Source: an uncultured bacterium
GTDB taxonomy: Bacteria > Auribacterota > Erginobacteria > Erginobacterales > Erginobacteraceae
Direction: 5' to 3'
Assembly (NCBI GenBank): GCA_963822585.1
Contig: CAWGIE010000007.1
Location: forward strand, 192,001 to 256,000
Length of the DNA stretch: 64,000 bases
In this document: piece after piece, positions 10,280 to 20,741 of the stretch
Layout: each line of letters begins with the position of its first letter
Numbering within the stretch: position 1 is the stretch's first letter
The notes under the pieces: generated by a model
Databases searched by the model: none
What the model was told of the DNA's origin: nothing
The model's input: the letters and a program-made list of their open reading frames with translations, nothing else
Position numbers and translations under genes: made by a program

Positions 10280-10723
10280 ATGATGAAAAAGACAAAAACC
10301 ATGCTGACTGGAGGCATCGCGCTCATCCTGTTTCCAGCGATAATCGCGCTCACCGGCTGCTCCTCCACCTCGGTCAATGAAAGCACCTATGCCGTGACCC
10401 AGGACGCGGAGGGAAACTACCAGGTCAGCGAAAATTTTTTCGTCAACAATCCGAAGCTGGCCCGCGGGCTGCGCATTACCGAGCAGAACTCAAAGTTCGT
10501 GGGCGATCTGCTGACGGTGCAGGTCTCGCTGGCTTCTCTGTATGACGACACCCAGAATTACAAGTACAAGTTTTCCTGGTACGACGCAAACGGGTTCGAG
10601 ATTGATGCGGGGTCAAACGCCTGGCTTCCGCTGATAATGTACGGCTCCCAGACCAAGACGATCCAGGGCGTCGCCCCTAACCCATCCGCCCGGCAATTCA
10701 AGCTGATGCTGAGAACCGATTAA
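10280..10723 (+). CDS. YcfL/DUF1425 family lipoprotein
   Basis: Lipobox LTGC; YKFSWYDANGFE; VAPNPSA. Confidence 0.8.
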   Translation: MMKKTKTMLTGGIALILFPAIIALTGCSSTSVNESTYAVTQDAEGNYQVSENFFVNNPKLARGLRITEQNSKFVGDLLTVQVSLASLYDDTQNYKYKFSWYDANGFEIDAGSNAWLPLIMYGSQTKTIQGVAPNPSARQFKLMLRTD

Positions 10724-10772
10724 TCGCATGGTATTTTTTTCTCACTCGGATACCCAACAAAGGAGGCTGTAT

Positions 10773-11393
10773 ATGCAGATAGTGAAAAATAACGTTTTCG
10801 CGATCATCGGACTCGGCGCTCTTCTCGCGCTGGCGGTCGGGTGCAGCACCACCTATCAGTACGGCGACGCGGGCGACGTCCCGGTCTACGACACCGACTT
10901 CGGGGCGACCGATCTCCAGCAGGTCGCCGACCAGATGACGGGCTCTCTCCTCACCTTCCCCCCGATCGTCCAGGTCACCAACGAACGGCGGCCGGTGCTG
11001 GTAGTGGAGAAAGTCAAGAACAAGACCACCCAGCATATCGATACCGAATCGATCACCGATTCGATCCGGACCAAGCTGATCCGTTCGGGAAAGTTCCGCT
11101 TCCTGGACAAGAGCACCGACGGGCAGACCATCGAGGAGATCCGAAGACAGCAGGAAGAGGGACTGACCAAGCAGAGCGCCGCCGCCCAGTTCGGGACCCA
11201 GGAAGCGGCCGAGTACATCCTCACCGCCAACCTCTCCGAGATCAGCCAGAAGAAGGAGGAGTTCTGGAACAAAAAGACGGCCGTCTATTATAAGTTCACC
11301 ATGAACCTGAAAAATCTGAAGACCGGAATCCTGGAATGGTCTGACGAGAAAGAGATCAGCAAACTGAAGGTTAATCCGCGATTCGGATACTGA
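10773..11393 (+). CDS. lpoB: Penicillin-binding protein activator LpoB-like lipoprotein
   Basis: Lipobox VGC; VKNKTTQHIDT; follows YcfL as in the conserved ycfL-lpoB arrangement; SD AGGAGG. Confidence 0.8.
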   Translation: MQIVKNNVFAIIGLGALLALAVGCSTTYQYGDAGDVPVYDTDFGATDLQQVADQMTGSLLTFPPIVQVTNERRPVLVVEKVKNKTTQHIDTESITDSIRTKLIRSGKFRFLDKSTDGQTIEEIRRQQEEGLTKQSAAAQFGTQEAAEYILTANLSEISQKKEEFWNKKTAVYYKFTMNLKNLKTGILEWSDEKEISKLKVNPRFGY

Positions 11394-11422
11394 ACAGAAC
11401 ATAACGCCTTTGGCGCAACCTC

Positions 11423-11475
11423 GTAGCGGCGACCTTTAGGTCGCCACAATCTGGCAGCCTGAAGGCTGCCGCTAC
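11423..11475. repeat. GTAG-type REP doublet (REPIN-like)
   Basis: GTAGCGGCGACCTTTAGGTCGCC ... GGCAGCCTGAAGGCTGCCGCTAC: two inverted palindromes with GTAG/CTAC feet. Confidence 0.65.
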
Positions 11476-11516
11476 GACATTTTTTAATTCCGACAACCGC
11501 AGGTGCAATCCAAGCT

Positions 11517-12182
11517 ATGAAAACAAAATTGATTTGTTTTTTGGGCGCGGCCGCCATGGCGGGGCTGTTCACGGCGACGGCGGGAATGAGCCAGGACATA
11601 CCGGGGTTCTCCCTGGGCGGTTTCTTCGAATACCGCGTCGAGAACGAGGTCAGCGGCGACGATATCTCCTTCACGTACTATGGGGCACGAATCAAGTTCC
11701 GGGATGAACGGTGGATCGAAGCCTTCATCGACGGCGGCGGGGAGAGACTCTCTTACGATCCGGTACAGGACAAAACCGCCGGCTGTTTCGGCCTGGGGGC
11801 GACGTTCTGGCTCATGCGCGGGGATCCCGGCTACGGCCCGATCGACCTCGGGCTCTTCGGCAGCGCCCACTTCTCCGACTACTCCAACGTTAAGATTAAA
11901 GACACCGACGATTCGACCGATATCAAGCATTTCCGGTACCTGGGCCAGCTGGTCATCCGGGGCTACATCAATCAGAGCTTCCGGGCCTTCGCGAAGGGAG
12001 GCATCCAGTATACCAGGCTCGATCCCAGCGATAACCTCTATGACGACAACGACCTGACCGCGACCAAGGCGGCCGTCAACGCCGGGGTCGAGATCCAGCT
12101 GGTGGATAACCTGATCGGGACTCTCGAACTGAACTACTCGGAAAGCGTCGGCGGGGCGATCCATCTTGACTACTGGTTTTAA
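11517..12182 (+). CDS. Putative outer-membrane beta-barrel protein
   Basis: Signal peptide, alternating beta pattern, C-terminal DYWF. Confidence 0.6.
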   Translation: MKTKLICFLGAAAMAGLFTATAGMSQDIPGFSLGGFFEYRVENEVSGDDISFTYYGARIKFRDERWIEAFIDGGGERLSYDPVQDKTAGCFGLGATFWLMRGDPGYGPIDLGLFGSAHFSDYSNVKIKDTDDSTDIKHFRYLGQLVIRGYINQSFRAFAKGGIQYTRLDPSDNLYDDNDLTATKAAVNAGVEIQLVDNLIGTLELNYSESVGGAIHLDYWF

Positions 12183-12211
12183 TTTATTCCCTCCGGGAAT
12201 AAATTAAGTGA

Positions 12212-12251
12212 GGTGATACCGGAGCGCCCCGCGCTCCGGTATCACCGTTTT
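12212..12251 (+). terminator. Intrinsic terminator
   Basis: GGTGATACCGGAGCG...CGCTCCGGTATCACC followed by GTTTT. Confidence 0.6.
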
Positions 12252-12535
12252 ATTACCACGTGTATCGGTGCCCACAGTTGCCTGAATACACCAGTTCGAT
12301 TAGCGATTAACGGAGTGGAGCGAATATCCCAAGGCAACCTGGTGGTTTCGGAGCGCTTTTCGGGACCGATAACCGATTATCGGAGCGCAGCGGAGATCTC
12401 GAGGTTCTGACGAAGTTAGAACTTTTCGGGACCGATAACCGATTATCGGAGTGAAACGAAGATCCCGAGGCACCCCGACACAATCGGGGTGCTTTTCGGG
12501 ACTGATCACTGTTTACTGATCCCCGGTCACTGACG

Positions 12536-14008
12536 ATGGGAAGAAACATCCGAAAAACAATACTTGTTCTCGCCGCCGGCGCACTCATCACTACCCTGGC
12601 CGGCTGCGCCAGCTACCCCCAGAGAATGGCGGTGATGAAGCAGGATTTCGTTCGCGGGGATTACGAAGGATCACTGGCCGCCATCGATCCCGATGATTGC
12701 GCGGACGGCCGTGAACGGCTTCTCTGCCTTCTGGAACGGGCAACCATTAAACAGAACATGGGAGACTTCGAAGGCAGCAACCAGGATTTCGAAACCGCCT
12801 ATGAGGTAATCACGGACTATGAAAGCCGCCCGTCCGTCAGCATCCGGGACGCCGGGTCGGAGACCGCCGCCGTACTTGTTAACGATACCGCGCTTCCTTA
12901 CAAGGGAAACGGGTTCGAAAAGATGCTGGTCCACATTTACAAGGCCCTGAATTACCTGATGCTGGGAGATCTGGAGGGAGCCGGGGTAGAAATCCGCCGG
13001 CTGGACGAACGGAGGAAGATCGAGCTCAAGAAGCGGGAGGACGAGATTGAAGAAGCCGCCCAGGCCGCCCGTGATCAGGAGGTCGCGGAGGACCAGCTTT
13101 CCGACATCAGCGGCCAGCTTTTGAAGGCATACGGCCCGGACCGGAACAAGGCCGAGACGGTGAACAACCTCTATCTTTCCGCCTTCGGCTCTTACCTCTC
13201 CAGTCTCCACTATGACATCCAGGGCAGCTACTCCGAAGCCCTGATCGACTGCCAGAGAGTCCTGGAGCAGGTTTCTTCCTTCGACTACGCGCGGATCGAC
13301 GCCGTCTCCCTGGGCGCGAACGACATCCGGGCGCCCGGGGCGGCCCTTGACCTGACCGCCAGCGGCGATCTCCTTCTTTTCTTCCAGTGCGGACTGGCCC
13401 CGGTCAAGGAGGAGGTATTCATACCGATCCCGACCAGCCGGGGCTGGCTGGCGGTCGCCTTCCCGGTTTTCCGCGCCATCCCCACCAGGCTGGAGCAGGC
13501 GGTTGTCTACATCGACGGAGCGGAAGCCGGGCGGACGGAGATTCTCAGCAACATCGAGGCCAAGGAGATCAGAACCCTGATCGATCAGATCCCGGTGCTG
13601 ATCATCCGTCAGATCATCCGGGCGGCGGTCAAGGGGGTGGCCCTCGAGGCCGCCAGCAAAGAGGCCGGAGGCTGGGGCGAATTCGCCCTCAGTCTCTACA
13701 ACCTTTTCTCCGAGCAGGCCGACCTGCGCAGCTGGCTCCTTCTCCCGAAGAACATTCAGGCCCTCCGCCTTTATCCTCCCACGGGAAAACACAATGTCCG
13801 GATCGACTTGGTTGGCGGCGGTGGCGCCGTCCTGGGCAATGTCATCCTGGACCTCGATTTCGCCAACGACCGCACCGTTCTGGTCAACCTCCGCGCGATC
13901 GGCTTCACGCCCTCCCTCCCCGATGGGTTAACCGTCACCCAGCAATGGCGGGAGATCCCCCGCGCCCCGCTGCGGTCGCGCCCCGTTCCCATTCTGCGCG
14001 GAAAGTAA
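12536..14008 (+). CDS. COG3014-like TPR lipoprotein
   Basis: Lipobox LAGC; Y.G..FEK...H.YKALNYL; ADLRSW..LP; typical neighbour of ycfL/lpoB. Confidence 0.75.
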   Translation: MGRNIRKTILVLAAGALITTLAGCASYPQRMAVMKQDFVRGDYEGSLAAIDPDDCADGRERLLCLLERATIKQNMGDFEGSNQDFETAYEVITDYESRPSVSIRDAGSETAAVLVNDTALPYKGNGFEKMLVHIYKALNYLMLGDLEGAGVEIRRLDERRKIELKKREDEIEEAAQAARDQEVAEDQLSDISGQLLKAYGPDRNKAETVNNLYLSAFGSYLSSLHYDIQGSYSEALIDCQRVLEQVSSFDYARIDAVSLGANDIRAPGAALDLTASGDLLLFFQCGLAPVKEEVFIPIPTSRGWLAVAFPVFRAIPTRLEQAVVYIDGAEAGRTEILSNIEAKEIRTLIDQIPVLIIRQIIRAAVKGVALEAASKEAGGWGEFALSLYNLFSEQADLRSWLLLPKNIQALRLYPPTGKHNVRIDLVGGGGAVLGNVILDLDFANDRTVLVNLRAIGFTPSLPDGLTVTQQWREIPRAPLRSRPVPILRGK

Positions 14009-14325
14009 GTACCGGTAATCATTGATGTTCTCAAAACAGGTGACGGTAATCAGTGATCAGTAATCGGTAATCCGGGCGCGCCGACCGGAATGCACAGATT
14101 CGTGCGGATTAGCGAGATTCGCGGTTTTCTCAAAGGGGGCGAGGCGGGGACAAAAACAGAAACATCGAACGTGGAACATCCAACGTCGAACTTCGAACAG
14201 ATGGGACCGGGGCGGGGGAAATTTTCCCTATTCAATCACATTCAATCGTCTGTTTATTTAAAGGGGGCGAGGCGGGGGAAACATTAGTTTTCTTGGTGTT
14301 TCTTAGTGTCTTAGTGTCTTGGTGG

Positions 14326-16053
14326 TTATAAAGGGGCCGAGGGAGGGGCGTCTGTTCTTTTTCCCCGGCGGGCGATGGTGATGCAGATGAAGAGGCCCCC
14401 GAAGAGGACGGCCGCCGCCAGGCCGCAGAACAGGGAAGTGGCCAGCGGCGCGGTCGCGGGGAGGAGCAGCCAGGTGGCCAGGGAGACCGCCGCGCCGAAG
14501 GCGATGAGCCCCAGGATCTTCCAGAGCCGGGCCAGGCTGAAGGCGATGATGAAGAGCACGGCGAAACTGACCGGGGCGGCCCAGAGATAGCGGTCGAAAT
14601 CGGTTCCGCTTGCCCCGTAAAGGTTGTCCCTGGTCAGCTCGGCAATAAAATTGGAGAAGACCAGGTAGCCCAGGACCAGGGGTGTAATGATCCGGATGCA
14701 GAGTTCCCACCATCCCCAGAGCTTGATCTCCGACACCCGGTTGATGTAGTCGCGCAGCACATCCGTCTTGAAGAAGTAGCCGACGATCACACATTGAAGA
14801 AGCCCCACGATTACCAGCCCGTAATCGTTTGCCCAGTGGTCGAAAATGTCGAGCCAGTGAATCCCGGCCCGGGAAGCGAAGAAACCGGTCCCCACGATAA
14901 ATGAGAAGAGACAGACCGCTCCGGTCAGGGATTTTTGCCCCATCCAGGAGAACCGGTCCCGCAGACCGGTCGTGATCCCCTCGATCAGGGAGAAGAGGGA
15001 GTCGATCCCCAGGAAAAGAAGCATCACGAAGAAAAGGATGCCGATCAGCGGGGGCCAGAGCCAGCCGAACTGGCCCATCTGGGAGACGGCGGTGGGGTAG
15101 GTGACAAAGACCAGCCCCGGCCCGGCGTCGATCACGTTGCTCACCGCCACCCCGCCTTTCTGATAGGCGAGGAAACCGAGGACGCTGAAAACGACGAAAC
15201 CCGCGAAGAAGCTGGTCGCGCAGTTGGCGAAACAGGTGATGAAGGCGTTGTTGGTGATGTCGCTGTCCCGGGGCATGTAGCTGGCGTAGGCGATCATCAC
15301 CCCGAAACCGAGCGTGAGGGAGAAGAAAATCTGGCCGTAGGCCGCCAGCCAGGTGGCGGGATCTTTCAGCGCCGCGAAGTTGGGGGTCAGATAATAGATG
15401 ATCCCATCGGAGGCGCCGGGAAGGGTCAGGCCCCGAACCGCCAGGATCGCCAGTACCGCCACCGGAAGGGGAACGGTCAGCATCACCACCTTGCCGACCC
15501 GCCGGACGCCCCGGCAGAGAATGAGGTAAACGGCCGCCCAGGTCACCGCCAGGCCGCCCACCACCGGCCAGACCAGCTGCCACATTTCGGATACGCTGGA
15601 GCTGTGGTGGCGGATGACCTTGGAAAAGAACGCCGCTTCGTATGTTCCTGAAAATCCCGATGGGGGGATCGACCAGGGCATCCGTCCGCCGGCGAAGAGG
15701 CCCTTCACGGAGTAGATCAGGTACTCCACGGAATAAGCCATGATCACGGCGTAGTAAACGGAGATGACCAGGCCGACCAGAAGGGCAAACCATCCCACCC
15801 ACTCGGTATGCTTGTTGATCCGGGAGAGAGACTTCGGCGCCGAACCCTGCATCATCTGTCCGATGCCGTATTCCAGGATCATCAGGGGAACGCCGGCGGT
15901 CAGGAGGGCCACAAAGTAGGGGATAAAGAAGGCGCCGCCGCCGTATTTATAACAGGTGACCGGAAACCGCCAGACGTTTCCCAGCCCAACCGCGCTCCCG
16001 ATCGCCGCCATCACGAAGGCGGACCGGCTGTTCCAGCGTTCTCTTTCCGCCAT
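14326..16053 (-). CDS. Sodium-dependent transporter (NSS/SNF family)
   Basis: RERW.SR..F..AAIGSAVGLGNVWRFP...GGGAFFIPY signature. Confidence 0.93.
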   Translation of the reverse strand: MAERERWNSRSAFVMAAIGSAVGLGNVWRFPVTCYKYGGGAFFIPYFVALLTAGVPLMILEYGIGQMMQGSAPKSLSRINKHTEWVGWFALLVGLVISVYYAVIMAYSVEYLIYSVKGLFAGGRMPWSIPPSGFSGTYEAAFFSKVIRHHSSSVSEMWQLVWPVVGGLAVTWAAVYLILCRGVRRVGKVVMLTVPLPVAVLAILAVRGLTLPGASDGIIYYLTPNFAALKDPATWLAAYGQIFFSLTLGFGVMIAYASYMPRDSDITNNAFITCFANCATSFFAGFVVFSVLGFLAYQKGGVAVSNVIDAGPGLVFVTYPTAVSQMGQFGWLWPPLIGILFFVMLLFLGIDSLFSLIEGITTGLRDRFSWMGQKSLTGAVCLFSFIVGTGFFASRAGIHWLDIFDHWANDYGLVIVGLLQCVIVGYFFKTDVLRDYINRVSEIKLWGWWELCIRIITPLVLGYLVFSNFIAELTRDNLYGASGTDFDRYLWAAPVSFAVLFIIAFSLARLWKILGLIAFGAAVSLATWLLLPATAPLATSLFCGLAAAVLFGGLFICITIARRGKRTDAPPSAPL

Positions 16054-16059
16054 CTCCCG

Positions 16060-17073
16060 CTATTCCTTGCTGCTCACCTTGACTTTGCCGAAGGGCGTGA
16101 TGATGATGTCCTGCAGCTTGCTCCCTTTTCTGACGCTGCTGTTCGGCCAGATGACAACCTCCTGGAGATGGCACCTTTCGCCGATCGTGGAGCCGGCGCC
16201 GGCCAGGAGACCGGAGCCGAGAACGCTCCCTTCCCCGATCCGGCAGCCGTCGCCCAGGTAGACCGGAGGTTTAAAGCTGACCCGGGGACCGAGCTGGCAT
16301 CCCTTGCCGACATGGAGACCGCGGCGGGTGAATTCTTCCCGCCACCGGTAAAAGTAAGCCGGCAGCCGGCCGCGCAGAAAATCCAGGTTGGTTCCCCAGT
16401 ACCCCGGGAAGGTGCTGATCTCCCGCCAGTAGCCGGTGGTGATAAATCCGCTTATCCGTTGGTCTTTCTTCCGGGAGCCGATGATCTTCTCATACCCGTC
16501 CTTGATCAGGCAGGAAGGGCCGGCGGCGGGGAGATATTCCAGAAATGCCGGGGAGAGAACCTGGGCGCCGATGAAGGAATATCCCGGGGTAGCCCGTTTC
16601 TTGCCCCCGATCGCGTCCACGTTCGAATCCTGGTCAAGATAGATCGGGGTGTAATCGGAATGAGTCCCCAGCGGCTTGAGGGCCATGGTCGCCACCGCGT
16701 CGGACGCCTGATGGTAGAGAATCAGTTTCCCGATGTTGATCTCGAGGAGGTTGTCGCCGTTGATCACCAGGACGTCCTCGTTCCCCCAGAAGGAGGCGGC
16801 CTTCCGGACTCCCCCGCCCGTTCCCAGAAGCTCTTCCTCAGTGGAATAGGAGAGGTGGACTGAGAATCGGCTCCCGTCACCCAGCGTCTCCCGGATCTGG
16901 TCCCCGAGATGGTGGACGTTGAGGACGATCTCCTTGACGCCGTACTGCTTGAGGAGTTCAAAGAGATAGGTGACGATTGGCCGGTCTCCGACCGGAAAGA
17001 GCGGTTTCGGACAATCATCGGTCAGGGGAGCCAACCGCGTCCCCTTCCCCGCCGTCAGTATCATCGCTTTCAA
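16060..17073 (-). CDS. NDP-sugar pyrophosphorylase family nucleotidyltransferase (MurU-like) with hexapeptide C-terminus
   Basis: KAMILTAGKGTRLAPLT...PKPL, GTGGG; probable TTG start; downstream of AmgK-like kinase. Confidence 0.8.
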   Translation of the reverse strand: MKAMILTAGKGTRLAPLTDDCPKPLFPVGDRPIVTYLFELLKQYGVKEIVLNVHHLGDQIRETLGDGSRFSVHLSYSTEEELLGTGGGVRKAASFWGNEDVLVINGDNLLEINIGKLILYHQASDAVATMALKPLGTHSDYTPIYLDQDSNVDAIGGKKRATPGYSFIGAQVLSPAFLEYLPAAGPSCLIKDGYEKIIGSRKKDQRISGFITTGYWREISTFPGYWGTNLDFLRGRLPAYFYRWREEFTRRGLHVGKGCQLGPRVSFKPPVYLGDGCRIGEGSVLGSGLLAGAGSTIGERCHLQEVVIWPNSSVRKGSKLQDIIITPFGKVKVSSKE

Positions 17074-17303
17074 AATTTTTACTCCGTAAAAATTTTGGAT
17101 TAGAAGCTTAACAGCCGGAACGCAATAATATCGCTTTAGTATCAGGTGGCCGCCCGGATAAATCGGGGCGCCCGAAGAAGACCGGAGTCTCACCTGCCGG
17201 ATTAACTGATACCAGCTTCCCCCCTCGTAGTGCAGAACTTTAGTTCTGCCAACTGATAGCAGCCTCCCCGTTCGTAATGCAGAACATTAGTTCTGCCAAT
17301 ATT

Positions 17304-18299
17304 TCATCGGGCTTTAAAGACCGCGTACTTCTCCAGAAGTTCTTTCAGGCCGAGCAGTTCGGGATATCCGGTCAGGATTTCCCCGACTCTTTCGAAAACG
17401 GCCGGGATATGCTTCGCGTATCCGTCTTTCCCCTTCTCCACGGCCATGTAGCCGTAGGTACCTGCCGCTTTCAGCAAACGTTGAACCGCCATCATATCAT
17501 AATCCCGCTGAAAATCACCCGGAAAATTTTTTCCCCGGCGCGGAAACCGGCGTAACAGGTAATAGCATTTCAATTCATCCCGCGGGGCGGCGGGAAGTTC
17601 CGCGTACGGGTCCTCCAGGAGCGAGACCAGATCGTACGTATAGGGCCCGAGCCGGCCGTCCTGAAAATCCACGATCCGGAGTCGAGCGCCCTGCACCAGA
17701 AGGTTGCGGCTGTGGTAGTCCCGGTGGCAGAAGACCTTTTCCTGGGCCAGCGCTTCCCGGCAGACCGAGAGAAAGAACACCCGGAAGGCGGCCTGTTCTT
17801 CCGCGGAGATAGCTGCGCCGAGATATCCCCTGATGGTATGGTCCAGGAAGAAGTTGAGTTCCCCGGCGAACTTTTCCTCGTCGAAGGGGGGATTGAGCCG
17901 GGCCACGGCGGGAGAGACTTCTTGCTGCATGGTGACGATCATGTCGATTGCCTGCCGGTAGAGCGGGAGCGGATTACGACGACGGATACTGTCCTGGAGC
18001 AGTTCGTCGCCGCAATCTTCGGCCACGATATACCCTTCCCGGGGATTGACTTCGTCCAGCGCCGGGACCGGCAGGCGGACCGCGGCCAGGTTCTCGTCCA
18101 TCAGGGCGTAACGGACGATCTCCTCCTCATCCGTCTCCTCCGGGAAAACGATCAAGATCGCGCTCGGCCGTTCTTCTGCTCCCGAGAGCGGCAGCCGGAA
18201 AAACCGCCGGGCGGAAGCGTCCCCCGTCAGGGGAGTGACGTCTTCCTGGGCAATTCCCAGCTTTTCCAGTATCGCCTCGATTTTTCGGTCGGATTTCAT
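17304..18299 (-). CDS. Aminoglycoside-phosphotransferase family, anomeric MurNAc/GlcNAc kinase AmgK-like
   Basis: GDASARRFFR, HRDYHSRNL, DFQD...GP..YDLVSLL.D. Confidence 0.85.
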   Translation of the reverse strand: MKSDRKIEAILEKLGIAQEDVTPLTGDASARRFFRLPLSGAEERPSAILIVFPEETDEEEIVRYALMDENLAAVRLPVPALDEVNPREGYIVAEDCGDELLQDSIRRRNPLPLYRQAIDMIVTMQQEVSPAVARLNPPFDEEKFAGELNFFLDHTIRGYLGAAISAEEQAAFRVFFLSVCREALAQEKVFCHRDYHSRNLLVQGARLRIVDFQDGRLGPYTYDLVSLLEDPYAELPAAPRDELKCYYLLRRFPRRGKNFPGDFQRDYDMMAVQRLLKAAGTYGYMAVEKGKDGYAKHIPAVFERVGEILTGYPELLGLKELLEKYAVFKAR

Positions 18300-18531
18300 G
18301 GAGCAGCTTTTTCTTTTTGCGCTGAAGATTTCCTGATAAACTCTGTCGGTTGTTTATAAAGCTTATCTTCCGGCTCTCTGTCTCTATCAGTCCATAACCT
18401 GATATCAAAGAATTATTTCGACGTATATTGGATTTTACAGAGGAATTTTTAATATCATAGAAATAATTCTCCTCAAGTAATAGTTGCTGTCGCCGACAGC
18501 GGCGATATCATTGTTTCCGAAGGTTATTGAC

Positions 18532-19425
18532 ATGAAATACATCTTGATAAATATCCTTTTGCTGACACTAATATATTCTGCTTGCGATTCAACCAATTCA
18601 AACGCTCTTCCTCCAATAGAGATGGTTTATATCCCCGGTGGAGAATTCATCATGGGTACAAACCTGACTCCGAAGCAAATTCTCGGAGACAGATATGTTC
18701 ATAAAACTTCCTTTCTGGGATTTGAACTATATAGCTTTGATGACTCAGATCTTGTTTCCTTAGACCAATCCCATCCCGCGCATAAGGTTTATATTAAGGG
18801 ATTTTATATTTCCAAATACGAGGTGACGGTGGATTTATTTAAAAAGTATCTGGAGGAAACCAAACTCGAAGCTCTGGGTAAAAAAGAAAATATTACTTGG
18901 GGGAAACACCAAGGGAATTACCCTGTAAATCATATAAGTTATAATGATGCTTTGGAATTCTGCCGCTGGCTTTCCGACAAGACAGGGATCGGATACCGTT
19001 TACCCACGGAAGCGGAATGGGAGAAGGCGGCCCAAGGCGGGAAAAAGAATATTTTTCCCTGGGGCAACTCCCTTGATAAAATGCCTAAAGGATTAAGGTG
19101 CGGACCAGTGGGTTCTTATCCACCAAATCCATATGGGATCTATGATATGGAGGCCAATGTAGCGGAATTCTGTTCTACTGATTACGCCCCCTATCCAAAT
19201 AGCGATTACACTCTCAAAAGCTGGGAACGGGGAAATAAAAAAGTAGCTAAAGGGGGATTTCCCTATGTTGATAGTATGACAGAAGTACTCTATATGTGCG
19301 CATATCGTCAGGCGGTTTCTCCCGAAGAGAGATACTGGTATTGCGGTTTTCGTTTAGCGGCTGATTCTTTGAAAGCCGATTCAATAAATAAAGAAACCGG
19401 AAAACAACCTCCACACTCCAGCTGA
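18532..19425 (+). CDS. Formylglycine-generating enzyme (SUMF1/FGE-sulfatase) domain lipoprotein
   Basis: IPGGEF.MG, KYEVT, YRLPTEAEWEKAA.GG, PNPYGIYDM, GFRL; AT-rich. Confidence 0.85.
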   Translation: MKYILINILLLTLIYSACDSTNSNALPPIEMVYIPGGEFIMGTNLTPKQILGDRYVHKTSFLGFELYSFDDSDLVSLDQSHPAHKVYIKGFYISKYEVTVDLFKKYLEETKLEALGKKENITWGKHQGNYPVNHISYNDALEFCRWLSDKTGIGYRLPTEAEWEKAAQGGKKNIFPWGNSLDKMPKGLRCGPVGSYPPNPYGIYDMEANVAEFCSTDYAPYPNSDYTLKSWERGNKKVAKGGFPYVDSMTEVLYMCAYRQAVSPEERYWYCGFRLAADSLKADSINKETGKQPPHSS

Positions 19426-19536
19426 CCAGAGCCAGTGACGAGGGTTCTGGCATTTGTATTAAGCGTTATATTATCCGGAATTCGTTTACACCTGGTGAGT
19501 TTATCTCGCCGGAGTAAAATCAAAGGGAGGGAAAAA

Positions 19537-19932
19537 ATGAGTTCACCATCAAGAACGGTTACCTGGCTGGGGATTATTCTGATCCTGATTGCCGGACTCA
19601 TCCATTTCATCGAAGCACCCGACGCTTTTGAAGATATAACGTACAAAGGGGTGCTGTTTATCCTCAACGGGCTGGGCGCGGCCGTCGCGGCCATCGGCAT
19701 CTACCGGGGCGCGAGAAGCTGGGGCTGGTCGCTGGGGCTCATCATCACTGCCCTGACCGTCATCGGCTATGTCGCCAGCAGAACGGTGGGGCTCCCCGGT
19801 CTGCCGGCCGAACCCGAAGAGTGGCTGGAACCGCTCGGGGTGGTATCGGTCCTGGCGGAAGCCGTCTTCGCCGGCATTGCTCTGAAGGTATTATCGGGTT
19901 CGGATCACCGTTTCACGTTGCCCGATAAATAA
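19537..19932 (+). CDS. Small membrane protein
   Basis: Four hydrophobic segments; SRTVGLP motif; SD GGGAGG. Confidence 0.6.
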   Translation: MSSPSRTVTWLGIILILIAGLIHFIEAPDAFEDITYKGVLFILNGLGAAVAAIGIYRGARSWGWSLGLIITALTVIGYVASRTVGLPGLPAEPEEWLEPLGVVSVLAEAVFAGIALKVLSGSDHRFTLPDK

Positions 19933-20034
19933 TCAAGCATAAAAACAGGGGCGCCCGGTTACCCAGAACTGGTCCACCGAGATCAGCCTGATCCGCCGGC
20001 GGACCGGGGGAGGGAGAATTTAGGAGTCTTTCCG

Positions 20035-20640
20035 ATGAAGCATGATACTATAGAAGAGGTTCTTGTTTTTTGGTTCGGCCCCTTGCCGGACGATTCGTAC
20101 TGGCCGGCTGAAAAAGCCGAGCGCTGGTTTAAAAAAGATCCTTCTTTCGACGCCGAGATCAGGGAACGCTTCGAAAGCCTCCTGAAGGCGGCGAGCCGGG
20201 GGGAGAGAGACGATTGGCTGGACACCACCCGCGGGACCCTGGCTTTCGTTGTTCTCCTCGATCAATTTTCCCGAAACATGTACCGGGATCGCTCGGAGGA
20301 GTATGCTTTCGACACCCGTTGCCTCCGGGTCGTCCGGCAGGCACTGGAGAAGGGTATCGATAAAGAACTGCGCCCGGTCGAGCGGAAGTTCCTTTATATG
20401 CCCCTGATGCATTCCGAGGATATCGATGATCAGAAGCTCTCGATCTCCGTTTTTACCCGGCTGCGGGACAACGCTCCCGAACCGTTGAAGGAGTATTTTC
20501 AGTTAACGCTTGATTACGCGTACCGTCATAAGGCCATGATCGATCGTTTCGGGCGGTTTCCCTACCGGAATAGGCAATTGCGGAGGCCATCAACCGCCAA
20601 GGAGATCGAGTTTCTCAAGAGACCGGACTCCCGGTTTTGA
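20035..20640 (+). CDS. DUF924 family protein
   Basis: FWFG, LDQFSRNMYR, FLYMPLMHSE, RFGRFP.RN. Confidence 0.9.
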   Translation: MKHDTIEEVLVFWFGPLPDDSYWPAEKAERWFKKDPSFDAEIRERFESLLKAASRGERDDWLDTTRGTLAFVVLLDQFSRNMYRDRSEEYAFDTRCLRVVRQALEKGIDKELRPVERKFLYMPLMHSEDIDDQKLSISVFTRLRDNAPEPLKEYFQLTLDYAYRHKAMIDRFGRFPYRNRQLRRPSTAKEIEFLKRPDSRF

Positions 20641-20741
20641 AATACCGTCATTCCGACCTCATATTTTAAGTTTCTCTGATGATATTTACCTGATCCGGTC
20701 GGTGCGGGGAGCCCGGCAGCGAAGCGATATTATCAGACCGG

